DNA of 64,000 bases from the NCBI GenBank assembly GCA_963803705.1, contig CAWDNU010000002.1:177980-241979 (forward strand), in the 5' to 3' direction. The DNA comes from an uncultured Pseudobdellovibrionaceae bacterium. GTDB lineage: Bacteria > Bdellovibrionota > Bdellovibrionia > Bdellovibrionales > UBA1609. Below the pieces are notes generated by a model that was not told where the DNA came from, did no database searches, and saw nothing but the letters and a program-made list of their open reading frames with translations. The translations under genes were made by a program, and so were the position numbers. Below, piece by piece: positions 39,766 to 49,674 of this stretch. How positions within the stretch are numbered: position 1 is the first letter of the stretch; each line of letters opens with the position of its first letter.

Positions 39766-40563
39766 ATGGTGCGGGCTATGAACTCAGAAACCCAATCCTT
39801 TATTCGTGGAATGCAAAACGCTGGAAAGCTCGCCGCTGAAACCCTAATTCATGTCAAGAAGTTCATAAAGCCTGGCATTTCTACTTTGGAAATCAACCAG
39901 ATCGTACACGATTACACCTTAACTCACGGAGCAACACCTGCTCCCCTTAATTATCAGGGATTTCCAATGTCGGTTTGTACCTCAGTAAATGAGTGCATCT
40001 GTCATGGAGTTCCCAGGGTCGATGAAATTTTAAAGATTGGGGATATTATAAATGTTGATGTGACGTGTGTATTGAAGGGATATTTTGGGGACACCTCTGC
40101 AACATTTTATGTGGGAGAAGTTAGTGATTCAGCTCAAAAAGTTACCGAATGTGCCTACCACTCAATGCATCAAGGAATAAATCAGGTTTCAGGCCAAAGC
40201 ACAGTTGGTGATATAGGTTTTGCAGTGAACAAGTACGTTAGCCGCCGGGGATTTTATGTGGTCGCAGAAATCGGCGGTCACGGAATTGGTAAAGTGTTTC
40301 ATGATGAGCCATTTGTTCCATCCGTTGGTAAAAAAGGTAAAGGTCCGAAATTAAAACCTTGGACCTGCATAACTGTAGAGCCTATGGTTAATGAAACTGC
40401 AGCCAGCACTGTGGAGTTCTCAATTCCTAATTCGTCTATTATGTATTACGAAACTAAAGACAAGTGTTTGTCCGCGCAATTTGAACACACAGTCTTAGTC
40501 ACAGACACAGGCTTTGAAATTATGACCATGTCGGGCCACGAGGTACTGTCCTTTTCCAGCTAG
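39766..40563 (+). CDS. map: Methionine aminopeptidase type I
   Basis: CTSVNECICHGVP, NVDVT, GDTS, GHGIG..FH.EP, VEPM, SAQFEHT. Confidence 0.96.
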   Translation: MVRAMNSETQSFIRGMQNAGKLAAETLIHVKKFIKPGISTLEINQIVHDYTLTHGATPAPLNYQGFPMSVCTSVNECICHGVPRVDEILKIGDIINVDVTCVLKGYFGDTSATFYVGEVSDSAQKVTECAYHSMHQGINQVSGQSTVGDIGFAVNKYVSRRGFYVVAEIGGHGIGKVFHDEPFVPSVGKKGKGPKLKPWTCITVEPMVNETAASTVEFSIPNSSIMYYETKDKCLSAQFEHTVLVTDTGFEIMTMSGHEVLSFSS

Positions 40564-40660
40564 TCTTGTATCTAGTCTTCTAACTAGGCCATGGGCCAAA
40601 ATACACTGTAAATCTTAGTATTAGCTTAATTAAATGAAAACTCCAGACGAACAGTTATAT

Positions 40661-42169
40661 ATGAAAACACTTTTTTGTGCATTTTTGATTGTCGTGATGG
40701 GTACCAAATTCGCATGGGCTTCAAATTCGCTTTCAACCATCAACAATTTTGCGCCCGGTTCTTCACAAATAAATTTTGTGTCAGTAGAGTCAGCCCAAAC
40801 CCTACAGCACAAAAAATTTAGTTTCTTAGGCTTTTTAGATGCAAGTTACCAATCTCTTGCGATCTATAATAGCACCCAAACAGGCGACGACTTAGTTAGT
40901 TTTACTCATTTGGGTCTGTCTTACGGATTATCACCTAAGCTTGAAATTGGTATAAAAGGTCCTGTAATTTTTAACCAAAATGTTGATTCATCACAGGCCA
41001 GCGTTGTGCTAACATCAAGTGGTTTTGTAAACGTAGATGGATTTTTAAAATACAGACTTGTAAGTAGTTTAAAATCTAACTTAACATTGATGACACAAAT
41101 TGGTGCTGCAAATGGTGACGAAATATTTTATGTTGGCCCCAACAGCGGCCTTAACTACTCTTTAGCGGCATTGTACGAGCGTTCTTTTGGGCGTTGGTTA
41201 ATGGCAGTCAACGTCGGATATATTCAGCGAACGCCAGGCGAAAATACCGCTGGCACATTGCCCTTTTTCGAGCCGATCAATAGCACAATACATGGATCTT
41301 TGGGCCTTGGACGTCCAATTACAAAGTCAACTCGTGTAAGTGGGGAACTATTGGTTGCGTCTCATGATTTCGTTAAAGACAATTCAGACCGAGGAAATTT
41401 ATCAGCAGAAGCTTTACTTAGTTTTCACACTAAATTAAAAGCATTAAATTTAAGTTACGGTTTAGGTGCAGGTCTTACAGACGGGATTGCGACCCCAGCC
41501 GTAAGAGGTTTTTTAGGATTTCAGTATCCGTTTGGCTTTCCTCTTCGAGTGGCAAAAAAAGAAGAGATTGATGAAGAAGAAGAGTCATTTGTAGCGATAC
41601 CTATAGATGATTCTCCTAAAAGAAGCATTGCTTCTCAAATCTTTGAAGATAATGATGACGATGCCGTGGCAGAAATTAACGCTGAGACTTTAGATGAAGT
41701 TTTTGAAGTACCAGATACGACGCCTGCACAAATAGCCAAAGAAGAACCTAAAGAAGAATTAGAAGTTATTGAGCCACCAATCTTACCAAAGAAACGTGCT
41801 ATTTCTAACGACAATTCAAATCAGAAATACATACTCGATTATATTGAATTTGATTTTAACTCAGCGAATTTAAATAGACGCTCTCTTGTAACACTGGGTA
41901 AAGTTTTAGAAAGCATTAAAAAGACGGCGTTCAAGACAATCAAGGTTTGGGGTCACACAGATTTCTATGGGTCTTCCATCTATAATGAATATTTGGGGTT
42001 AAGACGTGCCAAAGCCGTTTACAATTATTTTAAGAATGCTGGGATTCCGGCAGCGTTTATAGACTATGATGCCTTCGGAGAAAGACGACCAGTGTCAGTA
42101 GGCCTAAGCGATCAGAAACGACGCAAAAACAGACGTGTCGAGATTATTGTTATCAGGCAAGGGGAGTGA
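40661..42169 (+). CDS. OmpA-family protein (N-terminal beta-barrel, acidic linker, C-terminal peptidoglycan-binding domain)
   Basis: Signal AWA; IEFDFNSA, GHTD..GS..YN..LG.RRA.AV, FGERRP, NRRVEI; start 40634 or 40661. Confidence 0.88.
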   Translation: MKTLFCAFLIVVMGTKFAWASNSLSTINNFAPGSSQINFVSVESAQTLQHKKFSFLGFLDASYQSLAIYNSTQTGDDLVSFTHLGLSYGLSPKLEIGIKGPVIFNQNVDSSQASVVLTSSGFVNVDGFLKYRLVSSLKSNLTLMTQIGAANGDEIFYVGPNSGLNYSLAALYERSFGRWLMAVNVGYIQRTPGENTAGTLPFFEPINSTIHGSLGLGRPITKSTRVSGELLVASHDFVKDNSDRGNLSAEALLSFHTKLKALNLSYGLGAGLTDGIATPAVRGFLGFQYPFGFPLRVAKKEEIDEEEESFVAIPIDDSPKRSIASQIFEDNDDDAVAEINAETLDEVFEVPDTTPAQIAKEEPKEELEVIEPPILPKKRAISNDNSNQKYILDYIEFDFNSANLNRRSLVTLGKVLESIKKTAFKTIKVWGHTDFYGSSIYNEYLGLRRAKAVYNYFKNAGIPAAFIDYDAFGERRPVSVGLSDQKRRKNRRVEIIVIRQGE

Positions 42170-42846
42170 TCGTGGATTTTATAAAATTTCTAATATTATT
42201 TGTAATCACAACCTGTAGCGCACTCTCTTACGCTCAGACTGAACAAAATAACTTCGCGGACAACGTAAATGTTTCTGATCGAAGTGCTTCTTACTTTGAC
42301 GAGTATGACACTTCAAAATTTAGGCTTGGAGTGCTAAATGCAAATTTCTCGCCCGACGCCCCTAAACTCTCTAGAGTACCGTCTTCTTATATGTCTATTA
42401 AAGAGAAATTAAATTCTACACCCTCTAATCTGTGTGAGGTGGTAAAATCAAAGAGAGGACTTAGCTTTAAAGACTCATCGTCTTATGTGCTTTCAGCGCT
42501 TAAAAAAGCAGGCACTATCTCTTCAAACGATAAAAATTATAGTTTAGATAGTGCGCATTTTTTTTGGGAAACGTATTTAACATACAGGGACTTGGTAGAC
42601 ATCACCCAACCTATCCGCCGAGAGGGCGTGTTTCGTTTTTCTAAACTTCCCAATGCGGCGATAGTTATGTTGGAAAAAGGTTGTAACCTTAACGGTATAG
42701 CCGCCATCTACTGTGATGGACGCTACTACGCTCCAAAATTTGTTGATGTTACTAAGCTTGAATATCGTCTGAACGATAGCTCTGACAAAGAGTGCAAATT
42801 AGGTAAGGGAATGCGCGTAATTGCTGAAGCAAAACGCTTTTTATAG
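42166..42846 (+). CDS. Secreted hypothetical protein
   Basis: Signal peptide ending SYA, four Cys, GTGA overlap with the OmpA-family gene. Confidence 0.7.
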   Translation: MIVDFIKFLILFVITTCSALSYAQTEQNNFADNVNVSDRSASYFDEYDTSKFRLGVLNANFSPDAPKLSRVPSSYMSIKEKLNSTPSNLCEVVKSKRGLSFKDSSSYVLSALKKAGTISSNDKNYSLDSAHFFWETYLTYRDLVDITQPIRREGVFRFSKLPNAAIVMLEKGCNLNGIAAIYCDGRYYAPKFVDVTKLEYRLNDSSDKECKLGKGMRVIAEAKRFL

Positions 42847-42961
42847 AAAATACTTTGCTTAGATCTTTAAGTTAATTTTCAAAAGTGCTAATAGCGTTTG
42901 CTTTTCAATTTCTGTCAACTCTGATAATTTAATACCCGTAAGCTTATCAAAGTTTTTTAAA

Positions 42962-43222
42962 ATGTTCGAATTCACTGATGCTCTTAGTAATATTGAAACC
43001 TATCAGGACAGCCAAGGCAAAATTCTTGTCGCGGCAAAGCCTCACATAAATAATATTTAACGCATTAATGTGTTTGAAATTAATCAAACTACTCATGAAT
43101 ATGAGTTGGCAGGTTCGATAAAGTTGAGCGGGGATATTGATACTACCCCGTATTTTTTCGAAGACTCTACTGGTAGAGTTTTTATCCACTTAGATCCAAA
43201 TATGAAAAGTATTTTATTTTGA
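42962..43222 (+). pseudogene. Possible remnant of a beta-propeller-like protein
   Basis: Manual translation IETYQDSQGKILVAA...*RINVFEI...TTPYFFEDSTGRVFIH has two similar beta-hairpin repeats and an internal TAA at 43058. Confidence 0.35.
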
Positions 43223-43420
43223 TGGTCCAGTAGCTAGCTTTTAAAGACTCATTTTCATTATGACCCAGCTTGGCGACTGTTTTTTAGAGTTATTTCTTAT
43301 AACCTTTGCCCTTTTTAGTTAGGTCTACTATTCTTTTTTTAAATTCAGTAGCTAATTTTAGAAATTTAAAGCCCTTACGGTAAGACTATAATTGCTGGGG
43401 CACAAATCAGGAGATCAATT

Positions 43421-44803
43421 ATGCAAGCTATGCCCGCGACATCAAATATGACGGCCAAAAAAATACAACTGGCAGATAAAATGGTAGATTTCCGAGTCTG
43501 TAAAGAAGCCATGGAAGACCCTAAAAAATTCGATGAGTTAGCTAGATGGGGCCGAGCTGAAATAGCTATTGCTGAAGGCGAAATGCCCGGCCTTATGGCT
43601 CTTCGCGCAGAGTATAAGGGCCAATTCCCGCTTAAAGGTGCACGTATTACGGGTTGTATTCATATGACAATTCAAACTGCTGTTTTAATAGAGACCTTGA
43701 TCGATTTGGGCGCAAAAGTGCGCTGGAGCTCGTGTAATATATATTCTACGCAAGATCATGCGGCTGTAGCGATGGTCGCTGCTGGTATTCCAGTCTACGC
43801 ATGGAAAGGTGAAACTGAAGAAGAGTACAACTGGTGCGTAGAACAAACCATTACAGGCTGGGGTGATGAACCTGCAAATATGCTACTGGATGATGGTGGC
43901 GATTTAACGCAAATGATGCACGAGACGCGCTTTGCGGAGATCTTGCGAAATGTAAAAGGTGTAACTGAAGAGACAACCACGGGTGTTCATCACCTTTATA
44001 AAATGCTTGAAAATGGAAATTTAAAAATACCAGCCATTAATGTCAATGATTCTGTCACTAAGTCTAAGTTTGATAATCTTTATGGCTGCCGCGAATCTTT
44101 GGTAGATGCTTTGAAGCGTGCCACTGATGTGATGGTTGCTGGTAAAGTTGTGGTGGTTGCAGGATACGGCGATGTTGGTAAAGGTTCAGTCGGTTCCCTG
44201 AAAGGGCTTGGCGCTAGAATTTTAGTGACTGAGGTCGATCCTATCTGTGCTCTTCAAGCTGCCATGGAAGGTTACGAGGTGACAACCATGGACAAGGCGG
44301 CTTCTATGGCTGATATTTTTGTGACAGCAACAGGTTGTTGCGACATAATCACGAAAAAACATTTTGAAGCTATGAAAGAAGGAGCAATCGTTTGCAATAT
44401 TGGCCACTTCGATATTGAAATTGATATGAAATGGTTAAACGAAAATTCTAAAATGACTGAAATTAAGCCCCAAGTTGATCTTCATGAAATGAAAAGCGGT
44501 AAAAAAATTGTGGTTTTAGCTAAAGGCCGGCTTGTAAATTTAGGCTGTGCTACTGGCCACCCATCATTTGTAATGAGCGCCTCATTCACAAATCAAGTTA
44601 TGGCTCAAATTGAAGTTTTTCAAAATGAAGAAAAATATAAAAAGATAGACGTGTACCGCTTACCAAAAAACCTAGATGAAAAGGTCGCAGAGCTTCACTT
44701 AGAAAAAGTAGGCGCAAGCTTAACAAAGCTTACTGATAAACAATCAGACTACCTGAGTCTTGCAACAGAGGGACCGTTTAAACCCGAGCATTACCGCTAT
44801 TAG
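43421..44803 (+). CDS. ahcY: Adenosylhomocysteinase
   Basis: [62 protein letters not shown]. Confidence 0.98.
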   Translation: MQAMPATSNMTAKKIQLADKMVDFRVCKEAMEDPKKFDELARWGRAEIAIAEGEMPGLMALRAEYKGQFPLKGARITGCIHMTIQTAVLIETLIDLGAKVRWSSCNIYSTQDHAAVAMVAAGIPVYAWKGETEEEYNWCVEQTITGWGDEPANMLLDDGGDLTQMMHETRFAEILRNVKGVTEETTTGVHHLYKMLENGNLKIPAINVNDSVTKSKFDNLYGCRESLVDALKRATDVMVAGKVVVVAGYGDVGKGSVGSLKGLGARILVTEVDPICALQAAMEGYEVTTMDKAASMADIFVTATGCCDIITKKHFEAMKEGAIVCNIGHFDIEIDMKWLNENSKMTEIKPQVDLHEMKSGKKIVVLAKGRLVNLGCATGHPSFVMSASFTNQVMAQIEVFQNEEKYKKIDVYRLPKNLDEKVAELHLEKVGASLTKLTDKQSDYLSLATEGPFKPEHYRY

Positions 44804-44921
44804 CGACAGGTACCAGTTTCCGAATGTTTGATGCGAACCGTCGTAGAGATAGAGTCTAAGATTTATCCGTTGATCATTCGTAAATAGAATTTGTAATGTT
44901 TACCACCTAAAATTCTACCAA

Positions 44922-44941
44922 ATTAATTTCCCACAAGCCCT
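44922..44941. repeat. Eroded solo MITE end
   Basis: ATTAATTTCCCACAAGCCCT versus TIR ATGAATCTTCCACAAGCCCT. Confidence 0.5.
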
Positions 44942-45125
44942 TGGTTAAAGCTTATAAAATAGCCTTGTTTCGTGCTATCAAACTGCTTTGATAACCCAAG
45001 AATCCTCTTAAGATTACTAACGGTGAAGTTTAAATTTTTTCAAAAGTACCGAAAAGGATTGAGCGACCAAAATTTTCTTGGTAACAAATTACACAATAAC
45101 AATATAGTACAGGAGCCTAATAAGT

Positions 45126-45614
45126 ATGAAAATTTTGTTAATTACCATCTTTTTATTCGTTACACCATTGTTTGCCTATGCAAGTCTTAGTTTAGAATTA
45201 AAAAAAGAAATTGAAACCATTAATTATTTACAGAGAGAAATGATAAGTCTTAGGTTCAGACGTCTATATGCTGCAGAGTCTGCTAAAAATAAATCTTTAA
45301 CTGCAACGTCCGAGAACGTTAAGATCGTCGCGGATAGTGCTGCAAAAGTAAATTTAGAAGCTGCTGAATACGCTCTTGAAGTTAGTCGCGCTTTGAATCA
45401 GCGAATAAGAGAAATTAACAAACAGCTAAAAGGTGACGGTTATACAGAGAACTGTTCTAACAGTTACGAAGTGTACGGGAGTGCGTCTAAATACCTCTTA
45501 GGTCTAAATTATGCGGGCGTAATCTCCAGAAAATCATTTAATTATATAGAAAGAATATATGGATTTTCAAACTCGGTAGCTTCATTACTTTGTAAGTCTG
45601 AAAATACTTATTGA
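45126..45614 (+). CDS. Secreted helical hypothetical protein
   Basis: AGGAG RBS, signal peptide AYA, Cys pair. Confidence 0.7.
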   Translation: MKILLITIFLFVTPLFAYASLSLELKKEIETINYLQREMISLRFRRLYAAESAKNKSLTATSENVKIVADSAAKVNLEAAEYALEVSRALNQRIREINKQLKGDGYTENCSNSYEVYGSASKYLLGLNYAGVISRKSFNYIERIYGFSNSVASLLCKSENTY

Positions 45615-45658
45615 ATAGAATAGACTATTGGATGATTTAAAATCTTTTTTAACCAGTG

Positions 45659-45811
45659 CTATTTTTTGTTGTGAACAACATCTTTTTTAAAATCTACAAA
45701 TTTTAAACAGGTTTTAAATTCATTTATGCATACTCTGATATCGTCCACTTTATGGTGAACATTTTTCTTTTTCATTTCAATGTTGTGGACCCAAAAAGGT
45801 GTTTTCCAGGA
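45659..45811 (-). pseudogene. Displaced duplicate of the last 50 codons plus stop of orn
   Basis: SWKTPFWVHNIEMKKKNVHHKVDDIRVCINEFKTCLKFVDFKKDVVHNKK* aligns without gaps to orn 46546-46698. Confidence 0.92.
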
Positions 45812-45829
45812 TTTTAATCTATCAGAAAT

Positions 45830-46306
45830 TTAAAAATTCCTGGTTTCTCTAAAATAAATTGCCACATTTTGACTATCACTATACAAAATCAAAATTTGTC
45901 TACCTAGCTCGTATGCTAGCTCTAATTCAAAGGCATCACTTAAAAAAATGTTTTCGGGAAATTCGAAAACATCGGCACCACAAAACTGATTAGCAAAAGA
46001 GTAAACATCAATAACTAAACCAAAATTAAACCAGTTAATATCAGCATCAAACCAGTTGCAGTTTTTCCTACCAGAAATAGATTCTGCAAAAACATCAAAT
46101 GATAGCTCTAAATTTATGGGGTCTACTTGATAAAAATTTCCTGATCCAATTCCTATTTCAACTTCAGTAACCGCAAAATTTCTGCCTGCTAGATCATCGC
46201 CATAATAGCCATCACCCTCATAAATATAATTAAGTCCAATATTGGGATTTCCGCAGGCATTTAAACCTAAACTCGCTAGTATCAGTAAGAAAGTTATAAT
46301 CTTCAT
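45830..46306 (-). CDS. Lipoprotein, META/HslJ-like
   Basis: GGAGG RBS, lipobox LNAC, ISGRKNCNWF...FC motif. Confidence 0.65.
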   Translation of the reverse strand: MKIITFLLILASLGLNACGNPNIGLNYIYEGDGYYGDDLAGRNFAVTEVEIGIGSGNFYQVDPINLELSFDVFAESISGRKNCNWFDADINWFNFGLVIDVYSFANQFCGADVFEFPENIFLSDAFELELAYELGRQILILYSDSQNVAIYFRETRNF

Positions 46307-46545
46307 GATATTCCTCCGTGTGATATACAATAAGTAAACACATGAAATTCATTAAAGTTTCGCTCTTACGCAGGCCCTATAAAAATAGAGCCTGCTAACG
46401 AACTTGGTGACATATAGAAATCACCATTAAGCAAGTTATATAAGTAAGATAAATCTGTGGTATTTTGTAAAAACTAGAACGAGATAGGTAGCAAAAGTGG
46501 CAAAAGCGCGTGTGTTAAGTCGCTGCTTGTTCAGTAACAGAGAAT

Positions 46546-47106
46546 TCACTTTTTATCATAGGAAACATCTTTGTTGAAATCCACGAATTGTAAATAAGTT
46601 TTAAATTCGTTAATACTTTCCCGAATATCATCTACGGCGCGGTGAACGTTTTTCTTTTTCATTTCAATATTATGTACCCAAAAAGGTATTTTCCAAGAGG
46701 TAACGTCTAACATTCTATAATGCAAAACGTCTTTTAATTTTGGCATGTGAAAGTCAATAAATAGCTTGTCTTGGGCGATGCTATTACCAGCTAAAATAGG
46801 TCTTTCTGATTTGTAGAATTCTTTGATCCAAGCAATAAGTTCAATCTCAACATCATCTTGCTTCTTACCATCCGGAATCAAGTCTACAAGACCTGTGGCT
46901 TTGTGCTGCTTTTGATTCCAGTCGTCCATTTTCTTTAAGACAGAATCTTCCTGAAAAAGAACCGCATGGTAATCGCTGACCTCGTTCATTTCAGTGTCAG
47001 TAATTATAGCTGCAACTTCTATAATTTTTTCTTTTTGAACGTCTAAGCCCGTCATTTCCATATCGAGCCACAAATACTTTGTCGGTTTTTTATTTCTGAA
47101 ATCCAT
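46546..47106 (-). CDS. orn: Oligoribonuclease
   Basis: WLDMEMTGL, IIEVAAIITD, LAGNSIAQD, LHYRMLDVTS, HRAVDDIRESI. Confidence 0.95.
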   Translation of the reverse strand: MDFRNKKPTKYLWLDMEMTGLDVQKEKIIEVAAIITDTEMNEVSDYHAVLFQEDSVLKKMDDWNQKQHKATGLVDLIPDGKKQDDVEIELIAWIKEFYKSERPILAGNSIAQDKLFIDFHMPKLKDVLHYRMLDVTSWKIPFWVHNIEMKKKNVHRAVDDIRESINEFKTYLQFVDFNKDVSYDKK

Positions 47107-47382
47107 ACTAACAATCTAACACCTTATTTGTGTATCTGGAAAGCTTATCTCGAGAGCAAAAAACAAATAAAAAAGTATAAATTTTTCTATGTCTTAAAAG
47201 CAGGATCATTGCAATGCAGGCTTGTAATAAAAATGTTTAAATGGTTAAAAAAGTTAGGCATTACATAAAGGAGTCCAAATATTCAGCGTACTTCACCACT
47301 GCAAGACTAATGAAAAAGTATGATTAAGCTTTCTAGGATTAGAAAAAATTAAATTTTAATATTTATTTTGAGGTTTTTGCGT

Positions 47383-48132
47383 ATGACCAATCCACTTATT
47401 TTAGAGCAACGCCGAAATTATGTGTTTCTAATTTTGAGCGCTGTTTTCATATCAGCGATGACCCTACTAAATGTCATCGGTGTTACAAAGTTTATTGCTT
47501 TAGGACCCATGACAGTTGCTGTTGGCGTTTTACCTTACCCACTTACTTTTTTATGCACAGATTTAATCAGCGAACTATATGGCCGAAACCGGGCTAACCA
47601 GCTTGTTATAGTAGGTGTGTTTATCAACGCATTCGTTTTAGGACTTCTTTATCTGGGTGACATACTTCCTTCTGCTGAAGTCACCCCACCGTGGCAGACA
47701 TTGAACTTAAGTGACGAAATTTATTTAGCTGATGGATCAAAGGTAAAAGGTCAGGTGGAAATGTTTCACCTTATTTTTTCAAGCACAGTCGGAGCTGTCT
47801 TTGCATCGATGGTGGCATACTTAGCAGCGCAGTTTATTGATGTTCAAATTTTTCATATCTTGAAACGGTGGACGAAGGGTCGGCATTTATGGATCAGAAA
47901 CAACTTTAGCACCATGGTTAGCCAATTTGTGGATTCTATTGCTGTAATTGGAGTTACTTTTGGTGCAGCTTATTTTAGACATGAGATCGCAATTTCTGCA
48001 TTGCTGGCTTTATTTTGGAGCAACTATATTTTTAAATTCCTTGCCGCCGCCGTAGACACCCTGCCTTTTTATTATCTTACCGCAAAATTGTCCAAATACT
48101 TAGAAATCGACACACTAAAAATTGAAGATTGA
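47383..48132 (+). CDS. yhhQ: Queuosine precursor transporter (YhhQ/VUT family)
   Basis: GVLPYPLTFLCTDLISELYG, ASMVAYLAAQFIDV, WIRNNFST.VSQFVDS, K...A.VDT. Confidence 0.88.
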   Translation: MTNPLILEQRRNYVFLILSAVFISAMTLLNVIGVTKFIALGPMTVAVGVLPYPLTFLCTDLISELYGRNRANQLVIVGVFINAFVLGLLYLGDILPSAEVTPPWQTLNLSDEIYLADGSKVKGQVEMFHLIFSSTVGAVFASMVAYLAAQFIDVQIFHILKRWTKGRHLWIRNNFSTMVSQFVDSIAVIGVTFGAAYFRHEIAISALLALFWSNYIFKFLAAAVDTLPFYYLTAKLSKYLEIDTLKIED

Positions 48133-48253
48133 TACCCATCAAATTTACCGCCGAAACTAATTGATTTTTTTCTGGGCGCTAGCCTGAAAGCGTATTATAG
48201 ATACACTGAAGGCGCAGCAACCAGGAAAGAATCAATGTGGGGCAGAGGTGACT

Positions 48254-49546
48254 ATGAAGTTCGATATTTTTTTATCTATATGCCAAACTGAAGTAGACGG
48301 CTACATGCCGTCTGAGTCCAAAATGTTAGAAAGCTTTTTTGATCAAGTTAAACTGGCAGACAAACTTGGCTACGAAACTGCTTGGATCGCAGAAACACAT
48401 TTAAGCTGCCAAACTCAAAAACAGACTTCAAATGCCGTAATACCAGATTTTGTAGGTGAAATTGGCTTAAATACAGATGTTCTTCAGATGGCCCACATTA
48501 TTTTTTCACGAACAGAAAATATCAATGTCGGCTCTGCCATAAGAAATATCATGTGTAACGGGGGTCCCGTAGCACATGCAGAGTCCATCAGGACCTTCTT
48601 AAAACTTCTGGAGATGCAAAAACTGAAAAATCGCAAACTTTGCATTGGTTTTGCCTCTGGTCGATTTGACTTCGCCAACGAGCCTTACGGCATCCGCCCC
48701 AGGTCTCTATGGGAAAAACAAGCATGGCCTGCGCTAAAAGGAAAAATTTTATCAGAAGCCACAGAAATATTCTTAAGGCTTTTAAAAGGTGAAACCCTAA
48801 GCTCAGATGATATTGCTTATAGAAGTCTTAAAAAAGAAGACTTTAGAACCGAAGCTGACTGGTCCAAAGTTGTCGAAACTTATAATCAAGAGATGAAAAT
48901 TTTAAGCAAAGATGAATTAGAGTTAAAAAAAACCCACCCCAGAAATTCTAGCGTCGAGATAAACTTGGATGACACTTTACAGATTGAAAAATACTGGTCA
49001 TTTGAAAAGCTGACCTTGATACCCAAAGAAGTGTCGTTAAAAAATCTTGAACTCACTTTAGGGACTCATGATCCAAATTTACAGAATTTTGCGAATAGCA
49101 TATTACCTGTCTCTGTATTTAACCTATCTATTACTCCTCAAGAAGTTATCGATGAAACACATCAACGCATGAAAAGTGTCTTTCACAAAGATGGTGGAAC
49201 TTGGACGCAAGGGCATATGCCCAGAACTGCGCTAATCTTTATCGATGAGACCGAAGGATTAACCGCTGAAAAGCAAAATGAAAAAGCAAAACAAAAAGCA
49301 GAAAAAGCATGGGCTAACTACTGGCGCGCCATGGAAGGAACCCTAGATCCCGAAAAAATAAAGAAGGCTGTAGGTAATGCTATTTTTGGTAATTGTGATC
49401 AGGTGGCCCGCCAAATGAAAAAGAAATATCACGCTGAAGACCGCTTAATGCTATGGTTTGATTTTAATAATCATGATAACGAAGATGTAAAAAAATCTAT
49501 GTCACTGTTTATGGAAAATGTCCGTCCAAAGCTTAGTCAGGGGTGA
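48254..49546 (+). CDS. LLM-class (luciferase-like) flavin-dependent oxidoreductase
   Basis: MKFDIF, LADKLGYETAWIAETH, INVGSAI, GFASG, AIFG. Confidence 0.8.
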   Translation: MKFDIFLSICQTEVDGYMPSESKMLESFFDQVKLADKLGYETAWIAETHLSCQTQKQTSNAVIPDFVGEIGLNTDVLQMAHIIFSRTENINVGSAIRNIMCNGGPVAHAESIRTFLKLLEMQKLKNRKLCIGFASGRFDFANEPYGIRPRSLWEKQAWPALKGKILSEATEIFLRLLKGETLSSDDIAYRSLKKEDFRTEADWSKVVETYNQEMKILSKDELELKKTHPRNSSVEINLDDTLQIEKYWSFEKLTLIPKEVSLKNLELTLGTHDPNLQNFANSILPVSVFNLSITPQEVIDETHQRMKSVFHKDGGTWTQGHMPRTALIFIDETEGLTAEKQNEKAKQKAEKAWANYWRAMEGTLDPEKIKKAVGNAIFGNCDQVARQMKKKYHAEDRLMLWFDFNNHDNEDVKKSMSLFMENVRPKLSQG

Positions 49547-49674
49547 TATAATTTACAAATTTCCAAATCAGTATATTTAACTCACTTAAAGTCGATATAT
49601 TATGATATTTAACACTTTAGTCATCGAGTATAGCCTAGGGGTCATCAAATGAATTTTATAACACTGGATTTTAA

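Noticed and set aside
42947..43189. 80-aa minus-strand ORF
   Set aside because: No motifs; the opposite strand looks more protein-like (possible pseudogene)
47107..47382. preQ1 riboswitch upstream of yhhQ
   Set aside because: No recognisable preQ1 stem-loop with an A-rich tail by eye; an Rfam search would be needed to exclude it fully
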